Numbered from the stretch's first letter, positions 49,597 to 59,125 are shown. The stretch is 64,000 bases of DNA from Anaeroplasma sp. (GCA_045124155.1 JBGVLG010000205.1:4103-68102); one strand, 5' to 3'. The notes: a model not told the origin generated them from the letters alone. Numbers and translations are program-made.

Positions 49597-49625
49597 ATTA
49601 TAGCACACCACGATAACGTTTTCAA
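49597..49625 (-). promoter_or_regulatory. Candidate promoter of the maltodextrin operon
   Basis: Minus strand TTGAAA - 17 nt - TATAAT with TGC immediately upstream of the -10. About 160-nt leader to the first ATG. Confidence 0.5.
49611..49624 (-). promoter_or_regulatory. cre-like / LacI-family operator overlapping the -35
   Basis: Minus strand TGAAAACGTTATCG matches the cre consensus TGWAANCGNTNWCA at 13 of 14 positions. Confidence 0.45.
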
Positions 49626-49805
49626 CATTATGCAAAAATAATAAAAATAAGATTTGATTAAAAATAAATAATCTGTTTAAACTTAAAAAAATAAAATAAA
49701 TATACTGCTAATTTTAACGCTCGTTGTAATCTCATTGTAATGCGTTTCATTTATTAATTCAAGACTTTTTTACGTTTTAACTAAACTTTTCAAAAATGAT
49801 GATAG

Positions 49806-49838
49806 TTTTTCGAAATATTTTCGAAATATTTTCGAAAA
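49806..49838. repeat. Three tandem TTCGAA palindromes at exact 11-bp spacing
   Basis: TTTTCGAAATA TTTTCGAAATA TTTTCGAAAAG with cores at 49809-49814, 49820-49825 and 49831-49836. Lies between the Sel1 terminator and the maltodextrin promoter. Confidence 0.8.
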
Positions 49839-49844
49839 GCGTAA

Positions 49845-49884
49845 TAAAAAAGCATACCAAATGATTTTAAACATCTAGTATGCT
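49845..49884 (-). terminator. Terminator after the Sel1-repeat gene
   Basis: Minus strand AGCAUAC / GUAUGCU stem (20-nt loop) followed by UUUUUAUU. Confidence 0.6.
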
Positions 49885-49890
49885 TATTTT

Positions 49891-51057
49891 TTATAATTTC
49901 TTTACCTTAACCTTACCTGATAATGTTTTAGTGAATCTTTTACATGCTTCTGTTGCATCCTCATTACCATTTTGACTCGAAAGACGATACCATCTAAATG
50001 CATCCTCAATATTAATAGAAGATACACCTATACCTCTTTCAAGACAATCACCTAATCTATACATAGCATATGGATCTCCACATTCTGAAGCTTTTGTCCA
50101 CCAATTTTTTGCTTGAACTAAATCTTGCTCAATATTATTATCAGTAGGATCAGTTAATATTTCTGCTAAATGAATCATAGCATTAACATTACCATCATTT
50201 GCAGATTTTGTCCACCAGGATACTGCAGTTAAATCATTCTTAACAATACCATCACCTAAATGATAACATTCAGCAAGATTATTCTGAGCTTCAGCATTTC
50301 CAGCATTTGCTGCCTTTGTCCACCAAAATATTGCTTTCTTTATATCTTGTGGAAGTCCATTACCTCTTGCATATCTGTTACCCATTTTGACTTGAGCATT
50401 AACATTATTTTGTTGACAAGCTAGTTCATAATAATGAAGAGCTAATTCTGTACATTGTAAAGTACCATAACCATCTGCATAATAATCAGCAATTTTTTCT
50501 TGACAGAATGAGTCTCCTGATTCAGCACCTGCTAAATATAATCTAGCTGCTCCTTTAATTTTTCCTAAATTTTCATAGCAAATTGCAGCATCACGCTCTG
50601 CTTCAACAATGCCAGATTTTGCAGCATGAACAAGCCATTGTGCCGCTCTAGGAATATCCTTATCAACACCCTCACCCTTCATATATGCAAGTCCTAAATA
50701 ATATTGACTTAATGGATGAGCATATTTTGCTGATTCAGTAAACCAAGATACAGCCTGAATAGAATCTTGATAAGTGCCTACTCCCTCTAAATAACATAAA
50801 CCTACCATATAACTAGCCTCTGTTACTTTATTAGTTGCCGCAACCATATAATATTGAAAAGCTCTTTTAGGATTTTTAGGCATTCCTTTTCCATAATATA
50901 ATAAGTCAGCTAAATAATAACAAGCCGTGAAATTCTCTTGGTCATTTTCAACAACTTTTTCTAATAATAATCCAGCATCCTTAAATTTTTCCTCTTCATA
51001 TAGTTCTACTGCTCTTTTATATACACCACGATATTGATTTATCTCATACTTAGCCAT
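49891..51057 (-). CDS. Sel1 (SLR/TPR-like) repeat protein, no signal peptide
   Basis: 388 aa. About 9 repeats of the pattern A..W..KAA..G...A...LA..Y..G.G...D...A..W. Confidence 0.88.
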   Translation of the reverse strand: MAKYEINQYRGVYKRAVELYEEEKFKDAGLLLEKVVENDQENFTACYYLADLLYYGKGMPKNPKRAFQYYMVAATNKVTEASYMVGLCYLEGVGTYQDSIQAVSWFTESAKYAHPLSQYYLGLAYMKGEGVDKDIPRAAQWLVHAAKSGIVEAERDAAICYENLGKIKGAARLYLAGAESGDSFCQEKIADYYADGYGTLQCTELALHYYELACQQNNVNAQVKMGNRYARGNGLPQDIKKAIFWWTKAANAGNAEAQNNLAECYHLGDGIVKNDLTAVSWWTKSANDGNVNAMIHLAEILTDPTDNNIEQDLVQAKNWWTKASECGDPYAMYRLGDCLERGIGVSSINIEDAFRWYRLSSQNGNEDATEACKRFTKTLSGKVKVKKL

Positions 51058-51126
51058 AATGTTAGCTCCTTTATCGTATATTCCATATTTATATTTTATA
51101 AGAAATGAAAAAATAATACAAGTATA

Positions 51127-51165
51127 AAGAAAAATAGGATTCTATTTTTATTAATAAAATCCTAT
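51127..51165 (-). terminator. Terminator after rqcP
   Basis: Minus strand AUAGGAUU / AAUCCUAU stem followed by UUUUCU. Confidence 0.55.
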
Positions 51166-51171
51166 TAAAAC

Positions 51172-51429
51172 CTAGTTTTTCTTCTCTTCACTTATAAATT
51201 CATATAAATTTGTAGCTAGTTCTTTTTTAGTGGTTGCTTCAAGCGAAGCTACTCTAACAGTAACTCTTTTGCTACCAAACTCTATTGTAATAATATCTCC
51301 AACCTTAAGTTCCTTTGAAGGCTTTGCAATATTATTATTAACATAAATTCTTTCTGCCTCAGCAACCTCTTTAGCTAAGGTTCTTCTTTTAATAAGCCTT
51401 GATACCTTTAAATACTTATCTAATCTCAT
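51172..51429 (-). CDS. rqcP: S4-domain RNA-binding protein RqcP/YabO (Hsp15 family)
   Basis: 85 aa. [32 protein letters not shown]... is nearly identical in pattern to B. subtilis YabO. Start overlaps the ftsH stop. Confidence 0.85.
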   Translation of the reverse strand: MRLDKYLKVSRLIKRRTLAKEVAEAERIYVNNNIAKPSKELKVGDIITIEFGSKRVTVRVASLEATTKKELATNLYEFISEEKKN

Positions 51430-53492
51430 TATTCATCCTTATTATCTACATTTGTATAATCAGTAGCCCCCATAGATAAATCTAGATCACTAGAATCATT
51501 AGAATTATCTTCAGTTAAAGATGGAGTTTCATTATTATTTTCTTGTTTCTCCTCTATTTTTGAGTCATCATTTGCTTCCTTAGCTCTTTTTTCCTCATAC
51601 CAAGAAATAATACCTGTTTCATTAATTTCATCAATTTCTGATTTAGTTAATGTCTCAATTTGAAGAAGATAATAAGCAATTCTTTTTAATAAATCAAGAT
51701 TTTCAAGAATAACACTCTTTGCTTTAGCATAACATTCCTCAATTATTCTTCTTGTTTCTCTATCAATTTCTAAAGCAACTTGATCTGAGAAGTTCTTATC
51801 TTTAAGATAATCTCTTCCTAAAAATACACTTCCATTAGGCTGTTCATATTGAACAGGTCCTAAATCAGACATACCATATTCAGTAACCATAGCTCTTGCA
51901 AGCTTTGTTGCGTTTTGGAAGTCATTTGAAGCACCTGTTGAAACTTCATTAAACATAATTTCTTCTGCAACTCTACCACCTAAGAATCCAGTAATAGAAT
52001 CAAGAATTTCTGTTCTAGTTGAGAAATAGGTTTCTTCCTTAGGCATCATTAAGTTGTAGCCACCAGCTTGACCTCTTGGAATGATAGTTACCTTTTGAAC
52101 TACTGCAGCATTTTCAAGCTTTAAGCCAATTACTGCATGACCTGCTTCATGATAAGCAACAAGATTTCTCTCTCGCTCAGTATATTTTTTACTCTTCTTA
52201 GCAGGTCCCATCATGACTCTATCAATAGCCTCATCAATATCCTGAGTATTGATAACTTTTCGGTTATTACGTGCAGCAAGTAATGCAGCCTCATTTAATA
52301 AATTCTCAATATCAGCTCCACTAAAGCCTGGAGTTCTTTGAGCAATTTCAGATAATTTTACATTAGGATCTAAATGCTTATTTCTAGCATGAACCTTTAA
52401 GATTTCTTCACGACCTACTACATTAGGATTACCAATAGTAATTTGACGGTCAAAACGACCAGGACGAAGTAATGCAGGGTCTAAAACATCAGGACGGTTA
52501 GTAGCAGCCATAATTATAATACCAGTATTGCCACTAAATCCATCCATTTCAACTAATAATTGGTTTAGGGTTTGTTCACGTTCATCATGACCTCCACCCA
52601 TACCAGCACCACGTTGACGTCCCACAGCATCAATTTCATCAATAAAAATAATACATGGGGCATTTTCCTTTGCGGTTTTAAACATATCACGAACACGAGA
52701 TGCACCAACACCTACAAACATTTCAACAAAATCAGAACCAGAAATTGAGAAGAATGGTACACCAGCTTCACCAGCTACAGCCTTGGCAAGTAATGTTTTA
52801 CCTGTACCTGGAGGACCAAATAAAATTACACCCTTAGGTACTCTTGCACCAATTTCATTATATTTACGAGGATTCTTTAAGAAATCAATAATTTCAACAA
52901 GCTCTTCTTTTTCTTCATCACATCCCGCAACATCTTTAAATGTTACAGTTTTACCTTTAGCAAGCTTAGCAGTTGATTTAGCAAAATCAAATGCATTATT
53001 GCCACCTTGAGATTTTAACATTCTCATCATAATTAATACGAATGGGATACCTATAATCAAATATGGTAGGAAAGATATCAATATTGATAACCAAATATTG
53101 TCAGAAATAATTCCTAATTCCACTACCACCAATGGATTACCCTCAGAATTAACAGAACCCATTAATATTTCAAGCTGACTAGTCATTACATTACATTGAA
53201 ATTTCTTGGTTTTATCAGAACCCTCAGGCTTATATGTACCTGTAAGATTATACATATTATAATTTTCTCCACCAATAGGTGTGGCAGTAATCTGAATTCC
53301 TTCTTTATTCTTTTCAATTTTACCTTGCTCTGCATAAAAAATTATTTCATTATAAGTTAATGTATCAGTTGTAGGCTGAGATAAATAATTAATTAAAGTT
53401 ATTACACCTATTATAGCCATTATTATGAAAAGTGTAAAAAACCAATCAAATCTTATTCTAGGCTTTTTTTCTTTATTGTCTTTATCTTGCAT
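51429..53492 (-). CDS. ftsH: ATP-dependent zinc metalloprotease FtsH
   Basis: 687 aa. Walker A GPPGTGKT, Walker [10 protein letters not shown], the second region of homology, the HEAGH zinc site and two N-terminal TM helices. Confidence 0.96.
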   Translation of the reverse strand: MQDKDNKEKKPRIRFDWFFTLFIIMAIIGVITLINYLSQPTTDTLTYNEIIFYAEQGKIEKNKEGIQITATPIGGENYNMYNLTGTYKPEGSDKTKKFQCNVMTSQLEILMGSVNSEGNPLVVVELGIISDNIWLSILISFLPYLIIGIPFVLIMMRMLKSQGGNNAFDFAKSTAKLAKGKTVTFKDVAGCDEEKEELVEIIDFLKNPRKYNEIGARVPKGVILFGPPGTGKTLLAKAVAGEAGVPFFSISGSDFVEMFVGVGASRVRDMFKTAKENAPCIIFIDEIDAVGRQRGAGMGGGHDEREQTLNQLLVEMDGFSGNTGIIIMAATNRPDVLDPALLRPGRFDRQITIGNPNVVGREEILKVHARNKHLDPNVKLSEIAQRTPGFSGADIENLLNEAALLAARNNRKVINTQDIDEAIDRVMMGPAKKSKKYTERERNLVAYHEAGHAVIGLKLENAAVVQKVTIIPRGQAGGYNLMMPKEETYFSTRTEILDSITGFLGGRVAEEIMFNEVSTGASNDFQNATKLARAMVTEYGMSDLGPVQYEQPNGSVFLGRDYLKDKNFSDQVALEIDRETRRIIEECYAKAKSVILENLDLLKRIAYYLLQIETLTKSEIDEINETGIISWYEEKRAKEANDDSKIEEKQENNNETPSLTEDNSNDSSDLDLSMGATDYTNVDNKDE

Positions 53493-53505
53493 AGTTTACC
53501 TCCTT

Positions 53506-54039
53506 CTATTTTGAATATACTTCCTCTTTTAATACACCAATATAAGGAAGATTTCTATAATATTCATTATAATCAAGTCCATATCCAACCACAAATTCAT
53601 TTGGAACTAATCCTCCAACATAATCTGCCTCGATATCAACCTTTCTTCCTTCTGGTTTATCTAAAAGAACACAAATTTTAACACTTGAAGCATTATTTTC
53701 TATTAAAAGTCTCATACATTCTTTTAAGGTTCTACCAGTATCTAAAATATCATCAACTAAAATTACATCTTTGCCACTTACATCAGGAAAGCTACCTAAA
53801 ACATTAATTTTGCCAGTTGATTCCTTACCACAATAAGAACTTACCTTAATATATGAGGTAGTACAATATACATTGATATATTTTAATAGATCACACATAA
53901 ATGGTACACAACCATTTAATAATCCAATAAATAAAGGTTTTTTACCTTTATAATCATTATTAATTTCATTAGAAAGTTTTTCAAGCATCTTCTGAATATC
54001 TTCTTGTGAAATTAATATTTTTTTAATATCATTATTCAT
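53506..54039 (-). CDS. hpt: Hypoxanthine(-guanine) phosphoribosyltransferase
   Basis: 177 aa. PRTase loop VILVDDILDTGRTL and VVGYGLDYNE. Confidence 0.92.
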   Translation of the reverse strand: MNNDIKKILISQEDIQKMLEKLSNEINNDYKGKKPLFIGLLNGCVPFMCDLLKYINVYCTTSYIKVSSYCGKESTGKINVLGSFPDVSGKDVILVDDILDTGRTLKECMRLLIENNASSVKICVLLDKPEGRKVDIEADYVGGLVPNEFVVGYGLDYNEYYRNLPYIGVLKEEVYSK

Positions 54040-55336
54040 AAATAACCTCGCAAATCAAATATAAATCTCCATTATGCTTTTGATTATAAACATCCTTTGA
54101 CTTGATATAATCATAAATCCATAGGATTTTACCACTATTATCTAATATAATTGGAACATTATCTCTTTCATTTAGTGGAACCTTATTATCAATGAAGACT
54201 CTACTAATCTTTTTTGTTCCAGCTAAAGCTTCAATATAATCTCCAGCTATTCTATTTCTAATTTTTAATGGCAATTCCAGATTATTATAGCACAATTTGA
54301 TATACTTTGCATTATTTATAGGTTTATTTTTTGAAAAATAAAACTTATATTTATTACAAAAAATACCTATATCATCAATATTAATTTTTATTGAATTTTC
54401 TTGATAACATTTTCTCTTATCAATATATGCATAATCATAGGCTCTTATGAATAAATAATCACTTTCTAAACTAAATTCCTTATAACCATTATTATTATCT
54501 AATAATGATAATAGCTGTAAAATAATATTATTATTCTTTCTAATATTATTTTTTTCTAGCAATAAAGATATAATATCCTTTTTTAATGCAATATCTAATA
54601 CTTTAAAACTATTATATTCAATTTTATTATGATTATTATTTAAATAATCTATACTAATTTTTCTAATAAAATCAAAGGCTTCATGTGCTTGAATAGAATA
54701 TTCAATAATTTTTTTATTTAAATCATTACATTCTTTTTTTAATAAGGGTACAATATGATGTCTAATTCTATTTCTTAAAAAAATATCTTCATGATTTGAT
54801 GAATCCTCAAAATATTCATAATTATTTTGTTTAGCATAATTATAAATTTCTTCTTTTGATACACATAATAATGGTCTAATAGTTTTGTAATATCCATCAA
54901 AGGATTCAACTGCAATGCCACCATAACCATATAAATTACTACCTTCTAATATTTTCATCAAAACTGTTTCAATTTGATCATCAGAGTGATGTGCCGTAGC
55001 AATTATATTAGTATGATATTTTTTTGATATCATTCTAAAAAAATCATATCTAGCATTATGAGAATCATTATGGAAATTATCCACTCCATCATAATGATAA
55101 TCTAATAATTCAAAAGGAATATTTAACTTATCAGCCAATTCCTTCATTTTAATTGCTTCTATTTCAGATTCTTTTCTTTTATGATGATTAACATGAGCCA
55201 ATATAACCTCATATCCTAAATCATATAATATATGAAGTAAGCATACTGAGTCTGCACCTCCTGATACAGCACAGATAACTGGTAAATCAATATTAATATT
55301 GTTTTTTAATATAAAATCTTTAACAGTCTTAAGCAT
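54032..55336 (-). CDS. tilS: tRNA(Ile)-lysidine synthase
   Basis: 434 aa. PP-loop AVSGGADSVCL. 8-nt overlap with hpt. Conserved tilS-hpt-ftsH order. Confidence 0.9.
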   Translation of the reverse strand: MLKTVKDFILKNNINIDLPVICAVSGGADSVCLLHILYDLGYEVILAHVNHHKRKESEIEAIKMKELADKLNIPFELLDYHYDGVDNFHNDSHNARYDFFRMISKKYHTNIIATAHHSDDQIETVLMKILEGSNLYGYGGIAVESFDGYYKTIRPLLCVSKEEIYNYAKQNNYEYFEDSSNHEDIFLRNRIRHHIVPLLKKECNDLNKKIIEYSIQAHEAFDFIRKISIDYLNNNHNKIEYNSFKVLDIALKKDIISLLLEKNNIRKNNNIILQLLSLLDNNNGYKEFSLESDYLFIRAYDYAYIDKRKCYQENSIKINIDDIGIFCNKYKFYFSKNKPINNAKYIKLCYNNLELPLKIRNRIAGDYIEALAGTKKISRVFIDNKVPLNERDNVPIILDNSGKILWIYDYIKSKDVYNQKHNGDLYLICEVIYE

Positions 55337-55371
55337 ATTCTTCCCTCATTCGCTACAAATTATATAACAAA

Positions 55372-55414
55372 CAATTAAAAAAGAAAAGAAAAGCATATCA
55401 AAAAATATGCTTTT
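55372..55414 (-). terminator. Terminator downstream of the ADH remnant, upstream of tilS
   Basis: Minus strand AAAAGCAUAU / AUAUGCUUUU 10-bp stem followed by a CUUUUCUUUUUU tail. Confidence 0.65.
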
Positions 55415-55478
55415 CCATAATTTTACATTTTTTCCCACAGTTTATTATGTATTTATTTCATAATAAATCTAACTATTT

Positions 55479-55794
55479 TTTAATATAATTTACTCCCTTC
55501 ATATACGATATTTGAGGTTGGATTAGGCACTGCTTAACTATATAAAGAATAATTTAATTTATTTTTATCTAAAGAATCTGATAAATAATTTAGTAATCCT
55601 GCATTAATTATTCCTTTACCAGTAACTATTAAGAGATTATTTTTCTTATTAGATTTTAATACTTTTACAATATCTTCTATTTTAGAAATTATTTCTGAAT
55701 TTCTATAAGGTAATAATGGAATTACAAGATTAAATACTATTTGAAAACATCTTGAATATATTTTATAAAATAGATTTATAAAATTATTCCTCAT
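55479..55794 (-). pseudogene. Decayed iron-containing alcohol dehydrogenase gene (N-terminal ~100 codons only)
   Basis: The 86-aa ORF ...NNLLIVTGKGIINAGLLNYLSDSLDKNKLNYSLYS matches an Fe-ADH N-terminus. It ends in TAA (55534-55536) and continues in frame as AVPNPTSNIVY (the PNPT motif). Then come a TGA, a 1-nt shift, EGSKLY and TAA at 55479. The remaining ~300 codons are absent. Confidence 0.65.
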
Positions 55795-56257
55795 ATTTCT
55801 TTTTATACTCTTCGAGATTTTTTACAATAATATCTAAAGATTTATATAATATTTTAGCTTCATTTTCTAGAATACCATTACTACATATTCTAAATATATC
55901 ATAGCACTTTTTTGTAACTATTTTAGCAAGATCTTTACCCTCTTCAGTAAGAACGATTACTGTTTTATATCTTTTTTTATCATCATTAGATAAAAACTCT
56001 ACTAACATACGTTCTTCTAATATTTTAAGATTTCTAGAGATTGAGGCTTTATCCTCACAACATAGATTTACTAGATCTTTTGAGGTTAAATTTTCATAAT
56101 TATATAGGTAATATAAACAGGCTACTGATATACTATTTAAATCATAGTCTTTCATTTCATTTGATTTTATTTGAAATATCATTCTACTTATTTTAATTAT
56201 TGCCCCTGTAAATTCTTTAAATCTATCCATTTTCATCACCGTTAAATATATTACCAT
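55784..56257 (-). CDS. MarR-family transcriptional regulator
   Basis: 157 aa. wHTH ...LTSKDLVNLCCEDKASISRNLKILEERMLVE. The real start may be the ATG at 56230 (MDRFKEF), which follows GGTGA. The 3' end overlaps the ADH remnant by 11 nt. Confidence 0.85.
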   Translation of the reverse strand: MVIYLTVMKMDRFKEFTGAIIKISRMIFQIKSNEMKDYDLNSISVACLYYLYNYENLTSKDLVNLCCEDKASISRNLKILEERMLVEFLSNDDKKRYKTVIVLTEEGKDLAKIVTKKCYDIFRICSNGILENEAKILYKSLDIIVKNLEEYKKKYEE

Positions 56258-56263
56258 TAACTT

Positions 56264-56277
56264 GTTGAAATTTCAAC
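56264..56277. promoter_or_regulatory. Perfect 14-bp palindrome GTTGAAATTTCAAC, candidate MarR operator
   Basis: Lies 7 nt upstream of the longest MarR ORF start, between the upstream terminator and the gene. Confidence 0.45.
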
Positions 56278-56287
56278 TATTTTTTGT

Positions 56288-56319
56288 GAAAAAGAAAGGA
56301 CATGGATAATACCATGTCC
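56288..56319 (-). terminator. Terminator ending the nuclease/ABC operon
   Basis: Minus strand GGACAUGG-UAUUAU-CCAUGUCC followed by UUUCUUUUU. Confidence 0.7.
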
Positions 56320-56404
56320 AATCAAGAAGTTTGAGAAAATCAATTTAGATTTAATGATTATCTAAGATGATTTCATAAAATTTTATCAAATTATAATGAA
56401 ATAA

Positions 56405-59071
56405 TTATTCAGCATTAGCTGGAGTTAATTCATAAGTGATTGATAATTCAGTGAATCTAACTTGAGCAGTATTTGATAATTCTAAAGATGTATCATTGAT
56501 TTCATATACACCATTAGTACCAGTTACAGTAGTAGTACCAGCCTTAACAACTAAGTTTTCTAATGAATATTTTCCAGTACCTGCAGATGATTTACAAGAG
56601 ATACTCTTTATAGTACCTGAAACACCACTCTTAAATGAAATTGTTATAGTATCACCACTATAAAATTTAAATAAATCCGTTGAAAAATTTGAAATATTAC
56701 TATCTTTAGCATTAACATCAGTATAAACCAAATCAAATACATTACTATCTAAACCAAATAAACTATAATTTGATGTATTATTACCACTATCTAAATTCTT
56801 TGTACCTGATGTAGGAAATACTAAACTTGTAGTTACGACACTAGAATTTTTAGCAGTTACAGTAATTGTAGTCTCATTAGATACATAAGCTGTACCAGAA
56901 GCAACAACAATCTTAAATGTTTGACTTAATGCTGTTTCAACTTGAGGAGCAGTAACAGTGATCTTGCCATCAGCATAAGTGATGATGGCAGTTTCAGCTG
57001 TATCAACTGTAACAGTTAAAGTTAAATCATAAGGATTTTCTAATGTAACCTCAGTATTAGCAGTAAACTCATTTTCAAATTGAGCCTTAATTGCATTAAG
57101 AGTCTCATTTACTTTTTCTTCTGGAGTTAATTCCTTTTGTACTGGTTGTTCAAATACATAGAATTGTGAATTAGTATTATAAAGTGCTGAAGCACCTACA
57201 ACTGTATAAGTTTTTCCTACCTCAAGAGCTAATGTTATACCCTGTGAATATAAAGCTATTGAAGTTTCACCAACTAATATAGTCTTAGCTGCAGTAGCAA
57301 CACCTGTGAACTTAACAACTTGATTTTGTGTTTCTTTAGTAACTGTTGCATAATTTGTAATTGTAGAAGTAATATCCTTCATTTCAGGTTTTGTAATTGC
57401 ATCAGCACCTGTTACTTCTTCTACTTCATATTTTGTTATTTCATATAATGAATTATAAATAGATAATACACCATTAAGAGTATATGTCTTTCCTACTTCG
57501 AATGAAGATGCATCGCCATATGCTAAGTATCCGTTGCCTTCAGCATCAACTAAATAAGTATAGTAAAGAGTATCTGATTTCTTACCAATATATACTACAA
57601 CACCCTTAACAAATACTGAAGCTCCATTGTCAGAAGCTACATATTGTGCGAATGTCATAGGATCAAATGAATTCTTTACTTGAACCTCATCAAATGTAAT
57701 AGTAACAGGAGCTACACCTTCTTTTGTAGCTGTAGCTACTAAAGTAAACTTTTGTAAAGAATCAGTTGGAGTGATAGTTAATGCACCTTCAGAAATTGTA
57801 GCACCAGTTGAACCTTCAGCAAGTGCGTAAGTAATTGCAAAATCCTCATATCCTTCTAGTGTAGCAGGAAGAGTCACTGTTGTTTCTTCAGTATACTTTT
57901 CATTTAAAGCTACTTCTGATTTTAAAGCAGAATCAATATATTGTACTTTTTCAGAATCAGTAAATGGTACAATTGCTAAAACATTTCCTCTTAACTTACC
58001 TTTTGAGCTAGTAGAATTCATGTAGAATAATACTCTAATTACACTTCCCTCTTTACCCTTTAATAAAGACGCATAATTTTTAGTTTCACTTGAAATTGAA
58101 CCAGAGAAATATTCATTAAATGATACTTTTGAAGTTTCGTAATTTACATCCTCAATTGCATATGTACCATAATCATTTACATATACTAATACAGTCATTT
58201 CATATACATTACCTACTGCAGCAGTACCTAATGCATTAACTTCAACAATGGTCTTATCTTTTACTGCTGCAGAGAAATCTGCATCCTTTTTCTCAGATAT
58301 AACCTGTAAATCTTTTGGTGATTTAATTTGTTTAGCAGAATTATATACTGAAACCTCTCCAGTAAAATAAACTTCATTACCAACCTCTACTGTTGCGGCA
58401 GTTGTAGAACCATATACATAAATAGTACCAGTTGAATCTGTTAAATAGAAGCCAGCTCTATATTCTGCATCAGTTGTACCAGATGCATATAAGAAGCCTG
58501 TAACAACTCCATATGCTTCAACTGCTGTACCAGCAGCTAAAGCCTTAATTTCTGCAACAGTAGTAGAATGATTTTCTAATGCTTTAACAGTGACCTTAAA
58601 ATCCTTTGCTAATGAATAATCATCTAAAATAGCTGTTGCAGTAATTGTAACCTCTACATCTTGGCTACCAAATGTAGGCTGAGTTACTGTTAATACTCCT
58701 CCATTTACTGTAATTACATCAGCATTACTAGAAGTATACACTAATGACACACCACCAATACCAGTAGTAGCTAAAGTAATACTTGCAGTATTAATCTCTG
58801 ATTGAATAGATAATTGATCTAATGCTGCTTGCATTACCTCTTTTGCTTCTTCAGCAGGATCTACTGTTGAAGGAGTAGTTGTTGGAGCACTTGGAGTACT
58901 AGTAGGTGCACTAGTAGGTGTACTAGTTGGAGTGCTTGGTGTAGTAGTTGCTGTTTGAGTTTGACTTGGAGTTGATGGAGTACTTGTTGGTTCTTCTGTA
59001 GTTCCACAAGATGCTAAGCCAATAACAGCACCTAAAGAAATTAAACTAATTAATAAATTTTTCTTTTTCAT
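56405..59071 (-). CDS. Large surface lipoprotein with Thr/Pro linker, Ig-like module and at least three OB-fold-like modules (putative nucleic-acid binding)
   Basis: 888 aa. Lipobox VIGLAS-C-GTT, then a ~45-aa TP-rich linker. Repeated pattern V.(V/F).G.V......(F)Y(L/V).D..G.....(Y)......(V/E)VG..Y...G....YN...Q(I/F) occurs at about aa 168-250, 470-555 and 575-650. No catalytic motif seen. Confidence 0.7.
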   Translation of the reverse strand: MKKKNLLISLISLGAVIGLASCGTTEEPTSTPSTPSQTQTATTTPSTPTSTPTSAPTSTPSAPTTTPSTVDPAEEAKEVMQAALDQLSIQSEINTASITLATTGIGGVSLVYTSSNADVITVNGGVLTVTQPTFGSQDVEVTITATAILDDYSLAKDFKVTVKALENHSTTVAEIKALAAGTAVEAYGVVTGFLYASGTTDAEYRAGFYLTDSTGTIYVYGSTTAATVEVGNEVYFTGEVSVYNSAKQIKSPKDLQVISEKKDADFSAAVKDKTIVEVNALGTAAVGNVYEMTVLVYVNDYGTYAIEDVNYETSKVSFNEYFSGSISSETKNYASLLKGKEGSVIRVLFYMNSTSSKGKLRGNVLAIVPFTDSEKVQYIDSALKSEVALNEKYTEETTVTLPATLEGYEDFAITYALAEGSTGATISEGALTITPTDSLQKFTLVATATKEGVAPVTITFDEVQVKNSFDPMTFAQYVASDNGASVFVKGVVVYIGKKSDTLYYTYLVDAEGNGYLAYGDASSFEVGKTYTLNGVLSIYNSLYEITKYEVEEVTGADAITKPEMKDITSTITNYATVTKETQNQVVKFTGVATAAKTILVGETSIALYSQGITLALEVGKTYTVVGASALYNTNSQFYVFEQPVQKELTPEEKVNETLNAIKAQFENEFTANTEVTLENPYDLTLTVTVDTAETAIITYADGKITVTAPQVETALSQTFKIVVASGTAYVSNETTITVTAKNSSVVTTSLVFPTSGTKNLDSGNNTSNYSLFGLDSNVFDLVYTDVNAKDSNISNFSTDLFKFYSGDTITISFKSGVSGTIKSISCKSSAGTGKYSLENLVVKAGTTTVTGTNGVYEINDTSLELSNTAQVRFTELSITYELTPANAE
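58866..58995 (-). repeat. Imperfect short tandem repeats encoding the TSTP/TSAP linker
   Basis: Plus-strand units ACTAGTAGGTGC / ACTAGTAGGTGT / ACTAGTTGGAGT etc. encode PSTPTSTPTSAPTSTPSAPTTTPST. Confidence 0.6.
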
Positions 59072-59125
59072 CTTTTTTTCCTTTCTTTTTTTTATGAATA
59101 AAGCATATTATGCTTGATTCCAATA

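Noticed and set aside
49727-49750. Second cre-like site TGAAACGCATTACA and the duplicated TTGTAAT words upstream of the maltodextrin promoter.
   Set aside because: The central CG is displaced by one position relative to the cre consensus and the half-sites are poorly symmetric. It is about 110 bp upstream of the -35 with no obvious role.
49891-51057. Sel1-repeat protein as a secreted virulence or host-interaction factor.
   Set aside because: It has no signal peptide or lipobox and an ordinary repeat scaffold. Nothing in the neighbourhood (rqcP/ftsH upstream, terminator downstream) suggests a system.
20291-55414. Several terminators share AGCAT(A/T)T-type stems (20291-20326, 31849-31884, 49851-49884, 55389-55414); possible dispersed repeat element.
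   Set aside because: Only 6-8 nt are shared. Loops and flanks differ, and such A/T-rich stems with one G-C clamp are expected by chance in this composition.
55534-55536. In-frame TAA in the Fe-ADH remnant as programmed read-through or recoding.
   Set aside because: It is followed within 12 codons by a TGA and a frameshift, and three quarters of the gene is missing. Decay is the only consistent reading.
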